Origin: an uncultured Sedimentitalea sp.
GTDB taxonomy: Bacteria; Pseudomonadota; Alphaproteobacteria; Rhodobacterales; Rhodobacteraceae
Reading direction: 5' to 3'
DNA: 64,000 nt
Assembly (NCBI GenBank): GCA_947504115.1
Contig: CANNGH010000007.1
Coordinates: 61,904-125,903, forward strand
Positions 18,236 to 27,481 of the stretch are shown piece after piece. Position 1 is the first letter of the stretch. Each line of letters opens with the position of its first letter. Under the pieces are notes generated by a model, which saw nothing but the letters and a program-made list of their open reading frames with translations, ran no database searches and was not told the origin of the DNA. The position numbers and the translations under genes are program-made.

Positions 18236-18336
18236 CGGGGGTATTTTTGCGAAAGTGGAAAGACAGGACCACGCCCCTCCTTCTTCTGGCGGAAAAATAT
18301 CCCACGGGGGTGTGGGGGTGTGAAACCCCCACTCCG
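18236..18336 (+). repeat. REP/MITE-like intergenic element, copy 1 (composite: extra inverted arm plus core)
   Basis: The core 18271..18336 matches the reverse complement of 33470..33535 with one substitution and two 1-nt length differences. It contains a perfect hairpin TGGGGGT-gtgaa-ACCCCCA (18313..18331). The arm 18238..18270 is an imperfect inverted copy of 18276..18305. Confidence 0.8.
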
Positions 18337-18395
18337 GCACCGGCAACATTCGCATCCGCCGGGATGATGCGCGAGGTTGACAGGAAAGGAAGACA

Positions 18396-19607
18396 ATGAC
18401 GGACGCCTATATCTACGACACGGTGCGCACGCCGCGCGGCAAGGGCCGCAAGGATGGTGCGCTGCACGAGGTGACCAGCCTGCGGCTGAGCGCACTGACG
18501 CTCAACGCCCTCAAGGAACGCAACGATCTGGAAGGGCACGCTGTCGAGGACGTGATCTGGGGCAACGCGACGCAGGTGATGGAACAGGGCGGTTGCCTGG
18601 CCCGCAGCGCGGTGCTGGCCTCGGATCTGGATCAATCCATTCCGGGCCTCGCGATCAACCGTTTCTGCGCCAGCGGCATGGAGGCGGTGAACCTTGCCGC
18701 CAACCAGGTGCAGGGTGGCGCGGGCGACGGTTACATCGCCGGCGGGGTCGAGATGATGGGCCGTGTCGCCATGGGCAGCGACGGCGCGGCGGTTGCGGTC
18801 GATCCCAGCGTGGCGCTCGACAGCTATTTCGTGCCGCAGGGCATATCCGCCGACCTGATCGCCACCGAATACGGGTTCACCCGCGAACAGGCCGACGCGC
18901 TGGCGGTGGAATCCCAGCGCCGCGCCAAGGCGGCGTGGGATGACGGGCGGTTCGACAGATCGGTGATCACCGTTCGCGACCAGAACGGCCTGGCGATCCT
19001 GGATCGTGACGAGCACATGCGTCCGCAGACCGACATGCAGACGCTCGGCGCGCTCGATCCCAGCTTTCGGATGATGGGCGAACAGATGCCCGGTTTCGAC
19101 AAGGTGGCATTGCTGAAATATCCGCATCTCGAGCGGATCGAGCATATTCACCATGCCGGCAACTCCTCCGGTATCGTGGACGGGGCCGCCGCCGTTCTGG
19201 TCGGCAACAAGGCCTTTGGCGAGAAATGGGGGCTGAAACCCCGCGCGCGCATCCGCGCCACCGCCAAGATCGGCACCGATCCGACGATCATGCTGACCGG
19301 GCCGGTCCCGGTGACCGAGAAGATCCTTGCCGAAAGCGGGATGCAGATCGGCGATATCGACCTGTTCGAGGTGAACGAGGCCTTCGCCGCCGTCGTGCTG
19401 CGCTTTCAGCAGGCGTTCGATGTGGATCCGGAAATCGTCAACGTGAACGGTGGCGCCATCGCCATGGGCCACCCGCTGGGCGCGACCGGGGCGATCCTGA
19501 TCGGCACGCTGCTGGACGAACTTGAGCGCACGGACAAGCAGACCGGGCTGGCAACATTGTGCGTCGCCTCCGGCATGGGTGCGGCGATCATCATCGAACG
19601 CGTGTGA
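18396..19607 (+). CDS. fadA: acetyl-CoA C-acyltransferase (3-ketoacyl-CoA thiolase)
   Basis: 403 aa, with ATG preceded by AGGAAAGGAAG. Thiolase active-site blocks are present: [36 protein letters not shown]. Confidence 0.9.
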   Translation: MTDAYIYDTVRTPRGKGRKDGALHEVTSLRLSALTLNALKERNDLEGHAVEDVIWGNATQVMEQGGCLARSAVLASDLDQSIPGLAINRFCASGMEAVNLAANQVQGGAGDGYIAGGVEMMGRVAMGSDGAAVAVDPSVALDSYFVPQGISADLIATEYGFTREQADALAVESQRRAKAAWDDGRFDRSVITVRDQNGLAILDRDEHMRPQTDMQTLGALDPSFRMMGEQMPGFDKVALLKYPHLERIEHIHHAGNSSGIVDGAAAVLVGNKAFGEKWGLKPRARIRATAKIGTDPTIMLTGPVPVTEKILAESGMQIGDIDLFEVNEAFAAVVLRFQQAFDVDPEIVNVNGGAIAMGHPLGATGAILIGTLLDELERTDKQTGLATLCVASGMGAAIIIERV

Positions 19608-19621
19608 AGGGGGATCTTGAA

Positions 19622-21823
19622 ATGGCTGAATTCACCATGAAAACGGACGCCGATGGCGTCGCCGTGATCACCTGGGACGTGCCGGGCAAGTCGATGAACG
19701 TGATGTCCTTCGACGGGTTGCGCGAACTGGAAACCTGCATCGACGACGCGCTTGGCGATGAGACGGTCAAGGGCATCGTCGTCACGTCGGGCAAGGATGG
19801 CTCGTTCGCGGGCGGGATGGATCTGAACCTGCTGGCGAAGATGAAGGACGATGCCGGCGAAGATCCGGCGCGCGGGCTGTTCGATGGCGTGATGCAGATC
19901 CACGCCCTGCTGCGCAAGATCGAGCGCGCGGGCATGGACCCCAAGACGGGCAAGGGCGGCAAGCCGATCGCGAGCGCCCTGCCCGGCACCGCGGCAGGAA
20001 TCGGACTGGAACTGCCGCTGGCGACGCATCGCATTTTCGTCGCCGACAATCCCAAGGCCCGCATCGGCCTGCCAGAAATCATGGTCGGCATCTTTCCCGG
20101 CGCGGGCGGCACCACGCGGCTGGTGCGCAAGCTGGGCGCGATGGCCGCCGCGCCGTTCCTGCTGGAAGGCAAGATGGTCGAACCGGCCAAGGCCAAGGGG
20201 GCGGGCCTGATCGACGAGGTGGTGGCCGATCCGCTGGCCGCCGCGCGCGACTGGGTGCTGGCTGCCAAGGACGCCGACATCGTCAAGCCGTGGGACGCCA
20301 AGGGCTACAAGATGCCAGGCGGCGCGCCCTATCATCCGGCGGGCTTCATGACGTTTGTCGGGGCCAATGCCATGGTGAACGGGCGCACCAAGGGCGCGCT
20401 TCCCGGCCCCAAGGCTCTGCTGAGCGCGGTTTACGAGGGCGCGCTGGTCGATTTCGACACCGCGCTGCGGATCGAGGCGCGCTGGTTCACCCATGTGCTG
20501 ATGAACCCGAGTTCCTCCGCGATGATCCGCTCGCTGTTCCTGAACAAGGAGGCGCTGGAAAAGGGCGCGGTGCGCCCCGAGGGCGTGTCCGATCAGCGTG
20601 TGAAGAAACTGGGCGTTCTGGGCGCCGGCATGATGGGTGCGGGCATCGCGCTGGTCTCGGCGCAGGCGGGGATCGAGGTCGTGCTGATCGACCGCGACCA
20701 GGACAGCGCCGACCGGGGCAAGGCCTATAGCGAAAGCTATCTCGACAAGGGCATCAAGCGGGGCAAGACCACGCAAGAGCAGAAGGACAAGACCCTTGCC
20801 CGCATCACCGCCACCCCCGATCTGGAGCAACTGAAGGATTGCGACCTGATCATCGAGGCGGTGTTCGAGGACATGAAGGTCAAGGCCGAGATGACGCAGA
20901 ACGTGGAAAAGGTGATCCCCGAGGATTGCATCTTTGCCTCGAACACCTCGACCCTGCCGATCACCGAACTGGCCAAGGCCAGCGCGCGGCCCGGGCAATT
21001 CATTGGCATCCATTTCTTCAGCCCGGTCGAAAAGATGGCGCTGGTCGAGATCATCAAGGGCCGCGAAACCGGCGACCGCGCGGTGGCCAAGGCGCTGGAT
21101 TACGCCCGCCAGATCCGCAAGACGCCGATCGTGGTGAACGATGCGCGCTTTTTCTATGCCAACCGCTGCATCATTCCCTATATCAACGAAGGGCTGCGCA
21201 TGATCACCGAGGGCGTCGCGCCGCCACTGATCGATCATGCGGCCGAACAACTGGGCTTTCCGGTCGGACCGATCCAGTTGAACGACGAAACCAGCATCGA
21301 TCTCGGCGCCAAGATCGCACGGGCCACCAAGGCGGCGATGGGCGATGCCTACCCTGAGAACCCGGCCGACGATCTGATCTTCTGGCTGGAGGAAAAGGGC
21401 CGACTGGGGCGCAAGGCCAAGGCCGGGTTCTTCGACTATGACGACAAGGGCAAGCGGCAGGGCTATTGGCCGGGTCTGACGGAACGATATCCGCACGCCG
21501 AAGAGCAACCCGACCTGATCGAGGTGCAGGAACGGCTGATGTTCGCCCAGGTGCTGGAAGCGGTGCGCGCGCTGGAAGAGGGCGTGCTGGAGGACATCCG
21601 CGAAGGCGATGTCGGCGCGATCCTCGGCTGGGGTTTCGCGCCGTGGTCGGGCGGGCCGTTCAGCTGGCTCGACATCATCGGCGCGGAATACGCCGCCGAG
21701 CGCTGCGACCAGTTGCAGGCGAAATTCGGCGACCGCTTTGCCTGCCCACCGCTGCTGCGCGAGATGGCAGAGAAGGGGCAGACCTTTTACGGACGTTTCG
21801 CGCCGGAAAGCCGCGCCGCCTGA
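19622..21823 (+). CDS. fadB: multifunctional fatty-acid oxidation protein (enoyl-CoA hydratase / 3-hydroxyacyl-CoA dehydrogenase, FadB/FadJ type)
   Basis: ORF 19559..21823 trimmed to ATG 19622. The N-terminal part is a crotonase fold. The central Rossmann motif is [12 protein letters not shown], followed by the 3HCDH C-terminal domains. Confidence 0.9.
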   Translation: MAEFTMKTDADGVAVITWDVPGKSMNVMSFDGLRELETCIDDALGDETVKGIVVTSGKDGSFAGGMDLNLLAKMKDDAGEDPARGLFDGVMQIHALLRKIERAGMDPKTGKGGKPIASALPGTAAGIGLELPLATHRIFVADNPKARIGLPEIMVGIFPGAGGTTRLVRKLGAMAAAPFLLEGKMVEPAKAKGAGLIDEVVADPLAAARDWVLAAKDADIVKPWDAKGYKMPGGAPYHPAGFMTFVGANAMVNGRTKGALPGPKALLSAVYEGALVDFDTALRIEARWFTHVLMNPSSSAMIRSLFLNKEALEKGAVRPEGVSDQRVKKLGVLGAGMMGAGIALVSAQAGIEVVLIDRDQDSADRGKAYSESYLDKGIKRGKTTQEQKDKTLARITATPDLEQLKDCDLIIEAVFEDMKVKAEMTQNVEKVIPEDCIFASNTSTLPITELAKASARPGQFIGIHFFSPVEKMALVEIIKGRETGDRAVAKALDYARQIRKTPIVVNDARFFYANRCIIPYINEGLRMITEGVAPPLIDHAAEQLGFPVGPIQLNDETSIDLGAKIARATKAAMGDAYPENPADDLIFWLEEKGRLGRKAKAGFFDYDDKGKRQGYWPGLTERYPHAEEQPDLIEVQERLMFAQVLEAVRALEEGVLEDIREGDVGAILGWGFAPWSGGPFSWLDIIGAEYAAERCDQLQAKFGDRFACPPLLREMAEKGQTFYGRFAPESRAA

Positions 21824-21841
21824 GGCTTGCGGGATTGACGG

Positions 21842-21870
21842 AAAGGGGTCGGTATCAGCCCCTTTCTTTT
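21842..21870 (+). terminator. putative intrinsic terminator after the fad operon
   Basis: AAAGGGG-(10 nt)-CCCCTTT stem followed by CTTTTC, lying between the convergent genes that end at 21823 and 21873. Confidence 0.5.
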
Positions 21871-21872
21871 CG

Positions 21873-22520
21873 CTATCCGAAGACATAGCCGAACCGCGCG
21901 ATATCCGCGGCGCAGCTTTGCGCGATCAGGTCGGCGGTGGCGTCCGAGTAATAGCGGCGGTAATCGGCATCGCGCGATGACGCATTGACCCTTTGCAAGG
22001 CCAGGGGAAACCCCAGATGCCGCACGAGAGGCGCGGCGTCGGTGGCGAAATGTTCCAGCCGGATATAAGCGTCGCATTGCTCGGCGCCGTCGGCGCGCCG
22101 CATGTAGCGTTCGGCGGGGTTCGCAGCAAAACCGGCCCGGATGGACGGGTGGCGCAGGAAATCCGAAAATTCCAGGCGCTGCGACAGGGCGACGGAAGGG
22201 TGGTCGAACCGCTGGCCGCGCAACCAGTGATAATAGCTGACCGCGCGATCCCACGGATTCCGCACGAGGGTGAAGGCGAAGAGCGAACGCAACTGCGGCT
22301 CCGGCAGCAGGCCGTCGATATCGGCGAGGGTCGAATGTTTCCACAGCCGCCCGCGCGTGCGCGCACCGGCGACGCGGCGGCGACGGCGGCGGGCCTTGGG
22401 GGTGTCGCCCAGCATGATGTCGTCCTTCATCGCCCGCGCCTCCAGCGCCAGCGCCAGCGCGGTGCCGCCGGTCTTGGGGATGTGCACGAAGACGTAACCG
22501 CGTCCGGGGCTGAGGATCAT
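21873..22520 (-). CDS. sulfotransferase family protein (Sulfotransfer_2-like)
   Basis: ORF 21873..22631 trimmed to ATG 22520 ([26 protein letters not shown]). HIPKTGGT is the PAPS 5'-phosphosulfate-binding loop and …RNPWDR..S.Y.. is the 3'-PB-like block. There is an unusual [17 protein letters not shown] insert. Confidence 0.65.
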   Translation of the reverse strand: MILSPGRGYVFVHIPKTGGTALALALEARAMKDDIMLGDTPKARRRRRRVAGARTRGRLWKHSTLADIDGLLPEPQLRSLFAFTLVRNPWDRAVSYYHWLRGQRFDHPSVALSQRLEFSDFLRHPSIRAGFAANPAERYMRRADGAEQCDAYIRLEHFATDAAPLVRHLGFPLALQRVNASSRDADYRRYYSDATADLIAQSCAADIARFGYVFG

Positions 22521-22629
22521 GCGGCCAGAGTATCGCCGCACGCGGGCATGGCAATGGGCCGCGCCCTTTCCATTGCCCGTGGCGCATCGCAATATGGAGC
22601 CGAACAGCGATTCACGAAGGAGACGGCGC

Positions 22630-24255
22630 ATGGGCTGGATGGCGGACGAAAGCGGACTGGACAGGAACGCGGCGAATTACGTGCCGCTGACGCCGCTGTC
22701 AGGGCTGCGCCGCGCGGCGCAGGTGTTTTCCAGCGAACCGGCTGTCGTCTATGGCACCCATCGCAAGACCTACGGCGCCTATTACGACCGCTGCACGCGG
22801 CTGGCCTCGGCTTTGGCGGGGATGGGCGTGAAACCGGGCGACGTGGTGGCCACCATCATCCCCAACCTGCCCGCACAGGCCGAGGCGCATTTCGGCGTGC
22901 CCGCCTGCGGTGCGGTGCTGAACACCATCAATACGCGGGTCGAACCGGAAACCGTCGCCTATATCCTGGATCACGGCGCGGCCAGGGTGCTGCTGGTGGA
23001 CAGTCAGTTCGTGCCCCTGGCCGAACAGGCGATGAGCAAGATGGAGGGCGAGCCGCCGCTGCTGATCGAGGTGCCGGACCCGCAAGCGGGGCATCATGCC
23101 AGCGGACGCCATCCGCTTTACGAGGATGTGCTGTCCAACGCCCGGCACGATTTCGACTGGATCATGCCGCAGGACGAATGGGAAAGCATCGCACTCAACT
23201 ATACCAGCGGCACGACCGGGCGGCCCAAGGGCGTCGTCTATCACCATCGCGGGGCCTATCTGAACGCGATGGGCCAGATCCTCAGCTGGCGCATGACGCT
23301 GCGCCCGACCTATCTGACCATCGTGCCGCTGTTCCATTGCAACGGCTGGTGCCACACTTGGATGATGCCGATGGTCGGCGGCACGCTGGTCTGTTGCCGC
23401 GACATCACCGCGCCGGCGATTTTCGACGCCATCGCTGATGAGGGCGTGACCCATTTCGGCGGGGCGCCCATCGTGCTGAACATGCTGGTCAACGCCCCCG
23501 AATCCGAGCGGCGCGCGTTCGATCACGTTGTCGAGGTGTTCACCGCCGGCGCACCCCCCGCGCCCTCGACCCTCGCAAGGATCGAACCGATGGGCTTTCG
23601 CATCACGCAGGTCTACGGGCTGACCGAAACCTATGGCCCGGCGACCGAATGCACCTGGAGCGGCCAGTGGGACCACCTGCAGGGCGCCGAACGCGCGGCG
23701 ATCAAGGCGCGGCAAGGCGTGGCGATGCCGATTTTCGAACACATCACCGTGCTGGGCGAGGACATGACGCAGATCCCGATGGACGGGCGCACCCAGGGCG
23801 AGGTGATGATGCGCGGCAACGGGGTGATGAAGGGCTATTACAAGAACCCGCAGGCCACCGCCGAGGCGTTCGAGGGCGGCTATTTCCACACCGGCGATAT
23901 CGCTGTGCAGCATCCCGATGGCTATATCCAGATCGCGGACCGCGCCAAGGATATCATCATTTCGGGCGGCGAGAACATCTCTTCGGTCGAAGTCGAGGGC
24001 GTGTTGATGGGTCACCCGGCGGTGTCGCTATGTGCCGTGGTCGCCAAACCGGACGAGAAATGGGGCGAGGTGCCCTGCGCCTTTGTCGAACTGAAAGCGG
24101 GGGCGACGGCGGACGAGGCCGAACTGATCGCCTTCATGCGCAAGTCGCTGGCCGGATTCAAGACGCCCAAGAAAGTGGTGTTTCAGGAACTGCCAAAGAC
24201 CTCGACCGGGAAGATCCAGAAATTCGAACTGCGCGCGCAGGCCAAGCAGCTTTGA
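22630..24255 (+). CDS. AMP-dependent acyl-CoA synthetase/ligase
   Basis: ORF 22519..24255 trimmed to ATG 22630 (MGWMADESGLDRNAANYVPLTPLSGL…). The AMP-binding motifs are YTSGTTGRPKGV and GYFHTGD…DRAKD. The substrate cannot be called from sequence. Confidence 0.85.
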   Translation: MGWMADESGLDRNAANYVPLTPLSGLRRAAQVFSSEPAVVYGTHRKTYGAYYDRCTRLASALAGMGVKPGDVVATIIPNLPAQAEAHFGVPACGAVLNTINTRVEPETVAYILDHGAARVLLVDSQFVPLAEQAMSKMEGEPPLLIEVPDPQAGHHASGRHPLYEDVLSNARHDFDWIMPQDEWESIALNYTSGTTGRPKGVVYHHRGAYLNAMGQILSWRMTLRPTYLTIVPLFHCNGWCHTWMMPMVGGTLVCCRDITAPAIFDAIADEGVTHFGGAPIVLNMLVNAPESERRAFDHVVEVFTAGAPPAPSTLARIEPMGFRITQVYGLTETYGPATECTWSGQWDHLQGAERAAIKARQGVAMPIFEHITVLGEDMTQIPMDGRTQGEVMMRGNGVMKGYYKNPQATAEAFEGGYFHTGDIAVQHPDGYIQIADRAKDIIISGGENISSVEVEGVLMGHPAVSLCAVVAKPDEKWGEVPCAFVELKAGATADEAELIAFMRKSLAGFKTPKKVVFQELPKTSTGKIQKFELRAQAKQL

Positions 24256-24603
24256 CCAAAGCCCTTGCCAGATGTGTTGAACCGTTGAGACAAACACCTT
24301 TGCTGGCTGGGTCAGGGCGGTTGGCATCCCGAATGTTAGCTTTGCGGACTGTGCTGACATTCCATATTTACCGACGAGTGTCCGCTTTGGCGATCATTGC
24401 CTTAGATGGAGCGCTGCCAAAAGCTAACCATCCCCTCAAATCGGTGGGATGGAATGTTGCGAAAAGACAAACCAAATTGCCGTGGGGTTCGGGGCAGGGC
24501 TAGAGGCCGCAGGTGGGCCGACCAAAGGGTCATTTTCGAAGGCAGCAGCGATTTGGACGATTTCGGACCGGATTATGGGCGATATTCATCGGCAAGCGAA
24601 TTA

Positions 24604-25023
24604 TTATTTAATAGACGATTCGTTTCGTTCCCATAGAGACACGCATTCCGCGTGAAAAGGGATGGTTGCTCGTTGCCAAGGCGCGGAACGATTTTCGTCT
24701 TCTGCAAGCATTCCGGGGCTTGCAAAAAGCCTAATGTGGACTCCCTCACCTTCGTCAAAGAAGTACCAATATGAAGAGATTTCTCCATCTAGGTTTCGGA
24801 TGCGTTGGTATGCCCCTTCCCCAATACGCTCGAAACGTACCGGCTTACCATCGCCTGCTACGTACTCGCGAATGGCTACATCGCCGTAGAAATCCCACGT
24901 GACAGGCCCACTTCCTCGTTGCTGCAAACAAGTAAGTCCTGTCAAATCAACGGGTTTTGCAACCGCTACAGAAAAGGCCAGTGATATTGCGACAGTAAGT
25001 AGCGCAGCGATAAAATGTTTCAT
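24604..25023 (-). CDS. hypothetical secreted protein (orphan, atypical codon usage)
   Basis: ORF 24604..25047 trimmed to MKHFIAALLTVAISLAFSVAVAKP… (ATG 25023), a clear Sec-type signal peptide. I recognise no family. Codons are A/T-rich at the third position, unlike the neighbouring genes. Confidence 0.5.
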   Translation of the reverse strand: MKHFIAALLTVAISLAFSVAVAKPVDLTGLTCLQQRGSGPVTWDFYGDVAIREYVAGDGKPVRFERIGEGAYQRIRNLDGEISSYWYFFDEGEGVHIRLFASPGMLAEDENRSAPWQRATIPFHAECVSLWERNESSIK

Positions 25024-25320
25024 TCTCGTACCTAAACAAAACCGCAAAAAAAGCGCAATGAGAATATCTCAGGCACTCTGCCTTCGATTGGGCAAACTAA
25101 TTGTTCAACAACAGTGCCATTGGCTGAAGCGGCCTTTCCGTGCATCTCGCAGCATTCGGTGCTTTGGGCTCTGAGCGGCCCTTGCGCAGATGTTCGCGCC
25201 CACAGGCAGGATCATTCAATCGCAGATGCGTCACTGCGCCGCTTGCGCGTCTCGTCAGATATTCATATAAATGAATGTGACCGCATCGCGATGATGCGTG
25301 AATCTGCAAAGGATATCGAG

Positions 25321-25512
25321 ATGACAGTTGATGCAGCCGTAAGGGCGATTGCCGGTTTCATGGTGCTTATATCGGTTCTGTTGACCTGGACGGTCTCGCC
25401 CAATTGGATGTGGCTGACCGTGTTCGTCGGGGCAAACCTGCTGCAATCCGCGTTTACCGGCCTGTGCCCGGCGGCGATGATCTTTCGCAAGATGGGTCTG
25501 AAAACCGCCTGA
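25321..25512 (+). CDS. DUF2892 (YgaP-like transmembrane) domain protein
   Basis: MTVDAAVRAIAGFMVLISVLLTWTVSPNWMWLTVFVGANLLQSAFTGLCPAAMIFRKMGLK has the W.W…F.G.NL.QSAFTG.CP signature. AAAGGA lies 8 nt upstream of ATG 25321. An alternative start is ATG 25291. Confidence 0.7.
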   Translation: MTVDAAVRAIAGFMVLISVLLTWTVSPNWMWLTVFVGANLLQSAFTGLCPAAMIFRKMGLKTA

Positions 25513-25666
25513 GCCGCCAGCCGTTCCGCTGGTATCATACCGGGTTCTGCCGCTCTGTCGCGGCGTCGCCGCCCTTGCGCGCGAAATACGGCAGTTTTCC
25601 ATTCAACGCCGAATCGAAACGCTGTAGGGTCGCCCAAAGAACGAGGCACGGCAGACCCACGGCACC

Positions 25667-26680
25667 ATGACGGCGCTCAAGGAATATCAACGGCTGGAGG
25701 CCACCGGTCTCTGGCGCGCGACCCCTGCGGACCAGCGCCGCGAGGTGATCGTTGCCATTGGCGATGCCACCCTCACCATCTCGGACATGAACGACCGTGC
25801 GCTGGCGCATTGGTCGTTGGCCGCGCTGGACCGCGTCAATCCCGGCATCCGGCCCGCAATCTACAATCCCGACGGCGATCCGGGCGAAACGCTGGAACTG
25901 GCGGAAACCGAAGCCAGGATGATCGACGCCATCGAACAATTGCGCCGCGCCGTCGAACGCGCCCGCCCCCGACGTGGACGGTTGCGCCAGATCGGGGTGC
26001 TGGTCGCGCTGGCCCTCGTGGTCGGTGTTCTTGTCTTCTGGCTGCCGGGCGCGCTGCTGCGCCACACGGTGTCGGTGGTGCCCGACACCCGGCGGCAGGA
26101 TATCGGCCGTGCGTTGCTGGCGCGGGTCGAGCGGGTCGCGGGCCCGGCCTGTTCGGATATCGATGCCGCCGCTCCGCTGGCGGCGCTGGCGCAGCGCACC
26201 GGAGCACGCAAGCTGGTGGTTCTGCGCCACGCGCCCCGCGACAGCCTGCACCTGCCGGGCGGTATCGTCCTGCTGAACCGCGCCCTGATCGAGGATCAGG
26301 AAGACCCCGCCGTGGTGGCCGGTCACGTTTTGGCCGAACATGCACGGGCGGTGCAACTGGACCCGCTGGCGCGGTTGCTGACGGATGCCGGCCCGCTGGC
26401 GTCGTTCCGGCTGCTGACGACGGGCGAACTCGGCGACGAAACGCTGGACCGCCATGCCGAGCGCCTGCTGACGCGTCCCGACCTCGCGCTGGCCGACGAG
26501 ACGCTGCTGAGCGCGTTCGCCGCCGCCCAGGTGCCCTCGGCGCCCTATGCCCGCGCCCGCGACGGCAGCGGCGAAACCACGCTGGCCCTGATCGAAGGAG
26601 ACCCGCTGGCGGGGCAGATGCCGGCGCCGGTCCTGCCGGATCGCGACTGGGTGTTGTTGCAGACGATCTGCGGGAACTGA
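25667..26680 (+). CDS. hypothetical protein with one predicted TM segment
   Basis: 337 aa with normal composition and high third-position GC in this frame, whereas the antisense ORF is Arg/Gly/Gln-rich. A central hydrophobic helix is [23 protein letters not shown]. No family recognised. Confidence 0.6.
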   Translation: MTALKEYQRLEATGLWRATPADQRREVIVAIGDATLTISDMNDRALAHWSLAALDRVNPGIRPAIYNPDGDPGETLELAETEARMIDAIEQLRRAVERARPRRGRLRQIGVLVALALVVGVLVFWLPGALLRHTVSVVPDTRRQDIGRALLARVERVAGPACSDIDAAAPLAALAQRTGARKLVVLRHAPRDSLHLPGGIVLLNRALIEDQEDPAVVAGHVLAEHARAVQLDPLARLLTDAGPLASFRLLTTGELGDETLDRHAERLLTRPDLALADETLLSAFAAAQVPSAPYARARDGSGETTLALIEGDPLAGQMPAPVLPDRDWVLLQTICGN

Positions 26681-26693
26681 CGCGGCAGAGCGG

Positions 26694-27335
26694 CTATTTC
26701 GTGCCGAACATCCGGTCGCCTGCATCGCCGAGACCGGGCATGATGAACCCTTTTTCGTCCAGCCCGCGATCCACGGCGGCGGTCACGATCGGCACATCGG
26801 GATGGGCCTGCTGCATGCGCGCGATCCCCTCGGGCGCCGCGAGAAGGCACATGAACCGGATGTTCGTCGCGCCCGCCTGTTTCAGCAGATCCACCGCCGC
26901 CGCCGAGGAATTTCCCGTCGCCAGCATCGGATCGACGGCGATCACCAGCCGGTTCTCCAGCGCCTCGGGCACCTTGAAGTAATATTGCACCGGTTGCAGC
27001 GTCTCCTCGTCGCGGTAAAGCCCGACGAACCCGACCCGCGCCGAGGGGATCAGCTCAAGCACGCCGTCCAGCATTCCGTTGCCCGCCCGCAGGATCGACA
27101 CCAGCGCCAGCTTCTTGCCCGACAGGGTCGGCGACTCCATCGGCTCCATCGGGGTTTCGATCCGCTTGGTGGTCATGTCCAGATCGCGGGTGATCTCGTA
27201 GGCCAGAAACTGGGTGATCTCGCGCAACAACTGGCGGAACACCACGGTCGGCGTATCCTTGTCGCGCATCAGCGTCAGCTTGTGCTGGACCAGCGGGTGA
27301 TCGACAATGGTGACGGTATCGGCGGGAGGGGTCAT
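26694..27335 (-). CDS. upp: uracil phosphoribosyltransferase
   Basis: 213 aa. [18 protein letters not shown]… and the PRPP loop [10 protein letters not shown] are diagnostic. Confidence 0.9.
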   Translation of the reverse strand: MTPPADTVTIVDHPLVQHKLTLMRDKDTPTVVFRQLLREITQFLAYEITRDLDMTTKRIETPMEPMESPTLSGKKLALVSILRAGNGMLDGVLELIPSARVGFVGLYRDEETLQPVQYYFKVPEALENRLVIAVDPMLATGNSSAAAVDLLKQAGATNIRFMCLLAAPEGIARMQQAHPDVPIVTAAVDRGLDEKGFIMPGLGDAGDRMFGTK

Positions 27336-27481
27336 GGCGGCGCGCTCCGGAAATGGCTGCCCCGTCTTTTACGGTCAGCACCCGCCTTGCCGCAACCCTG
27401 CAAAGGTCCGGCGCACAAAAGGCCGGTTCCCACACACGTAAAAGCGCGCTAACACAATGCGGTATTCACTGGGAGCCGCAG

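Noticed and set aside
15884-18355. 823-aa minus-strand ORF opposite the second MerR gene and the acyl-CoA dehydrogenase
   Set aside because: It is antisense to two genes with clear family signatures. Its N-terminus is merely a translation of the REP-like repeat (WGFHTPTPPWDIF…).
19406-21886. 826-aa minus-strand ORF opposite the FadB-type gene
   Set aside because: Shadow ORF. The plus strand carries the crotonase and 3-hydroxyacyl-CoA dehydrogenase motifs.
25535-26725. 396-aa minus-strand ORF opposite the 25667..26680 hypothetical gene
   Set aside because: The Arg/Gly/Gln/His-rich composition is typical of antisense frames. The plus frame has balanced composition, a TM helix and G/C-ending codons.
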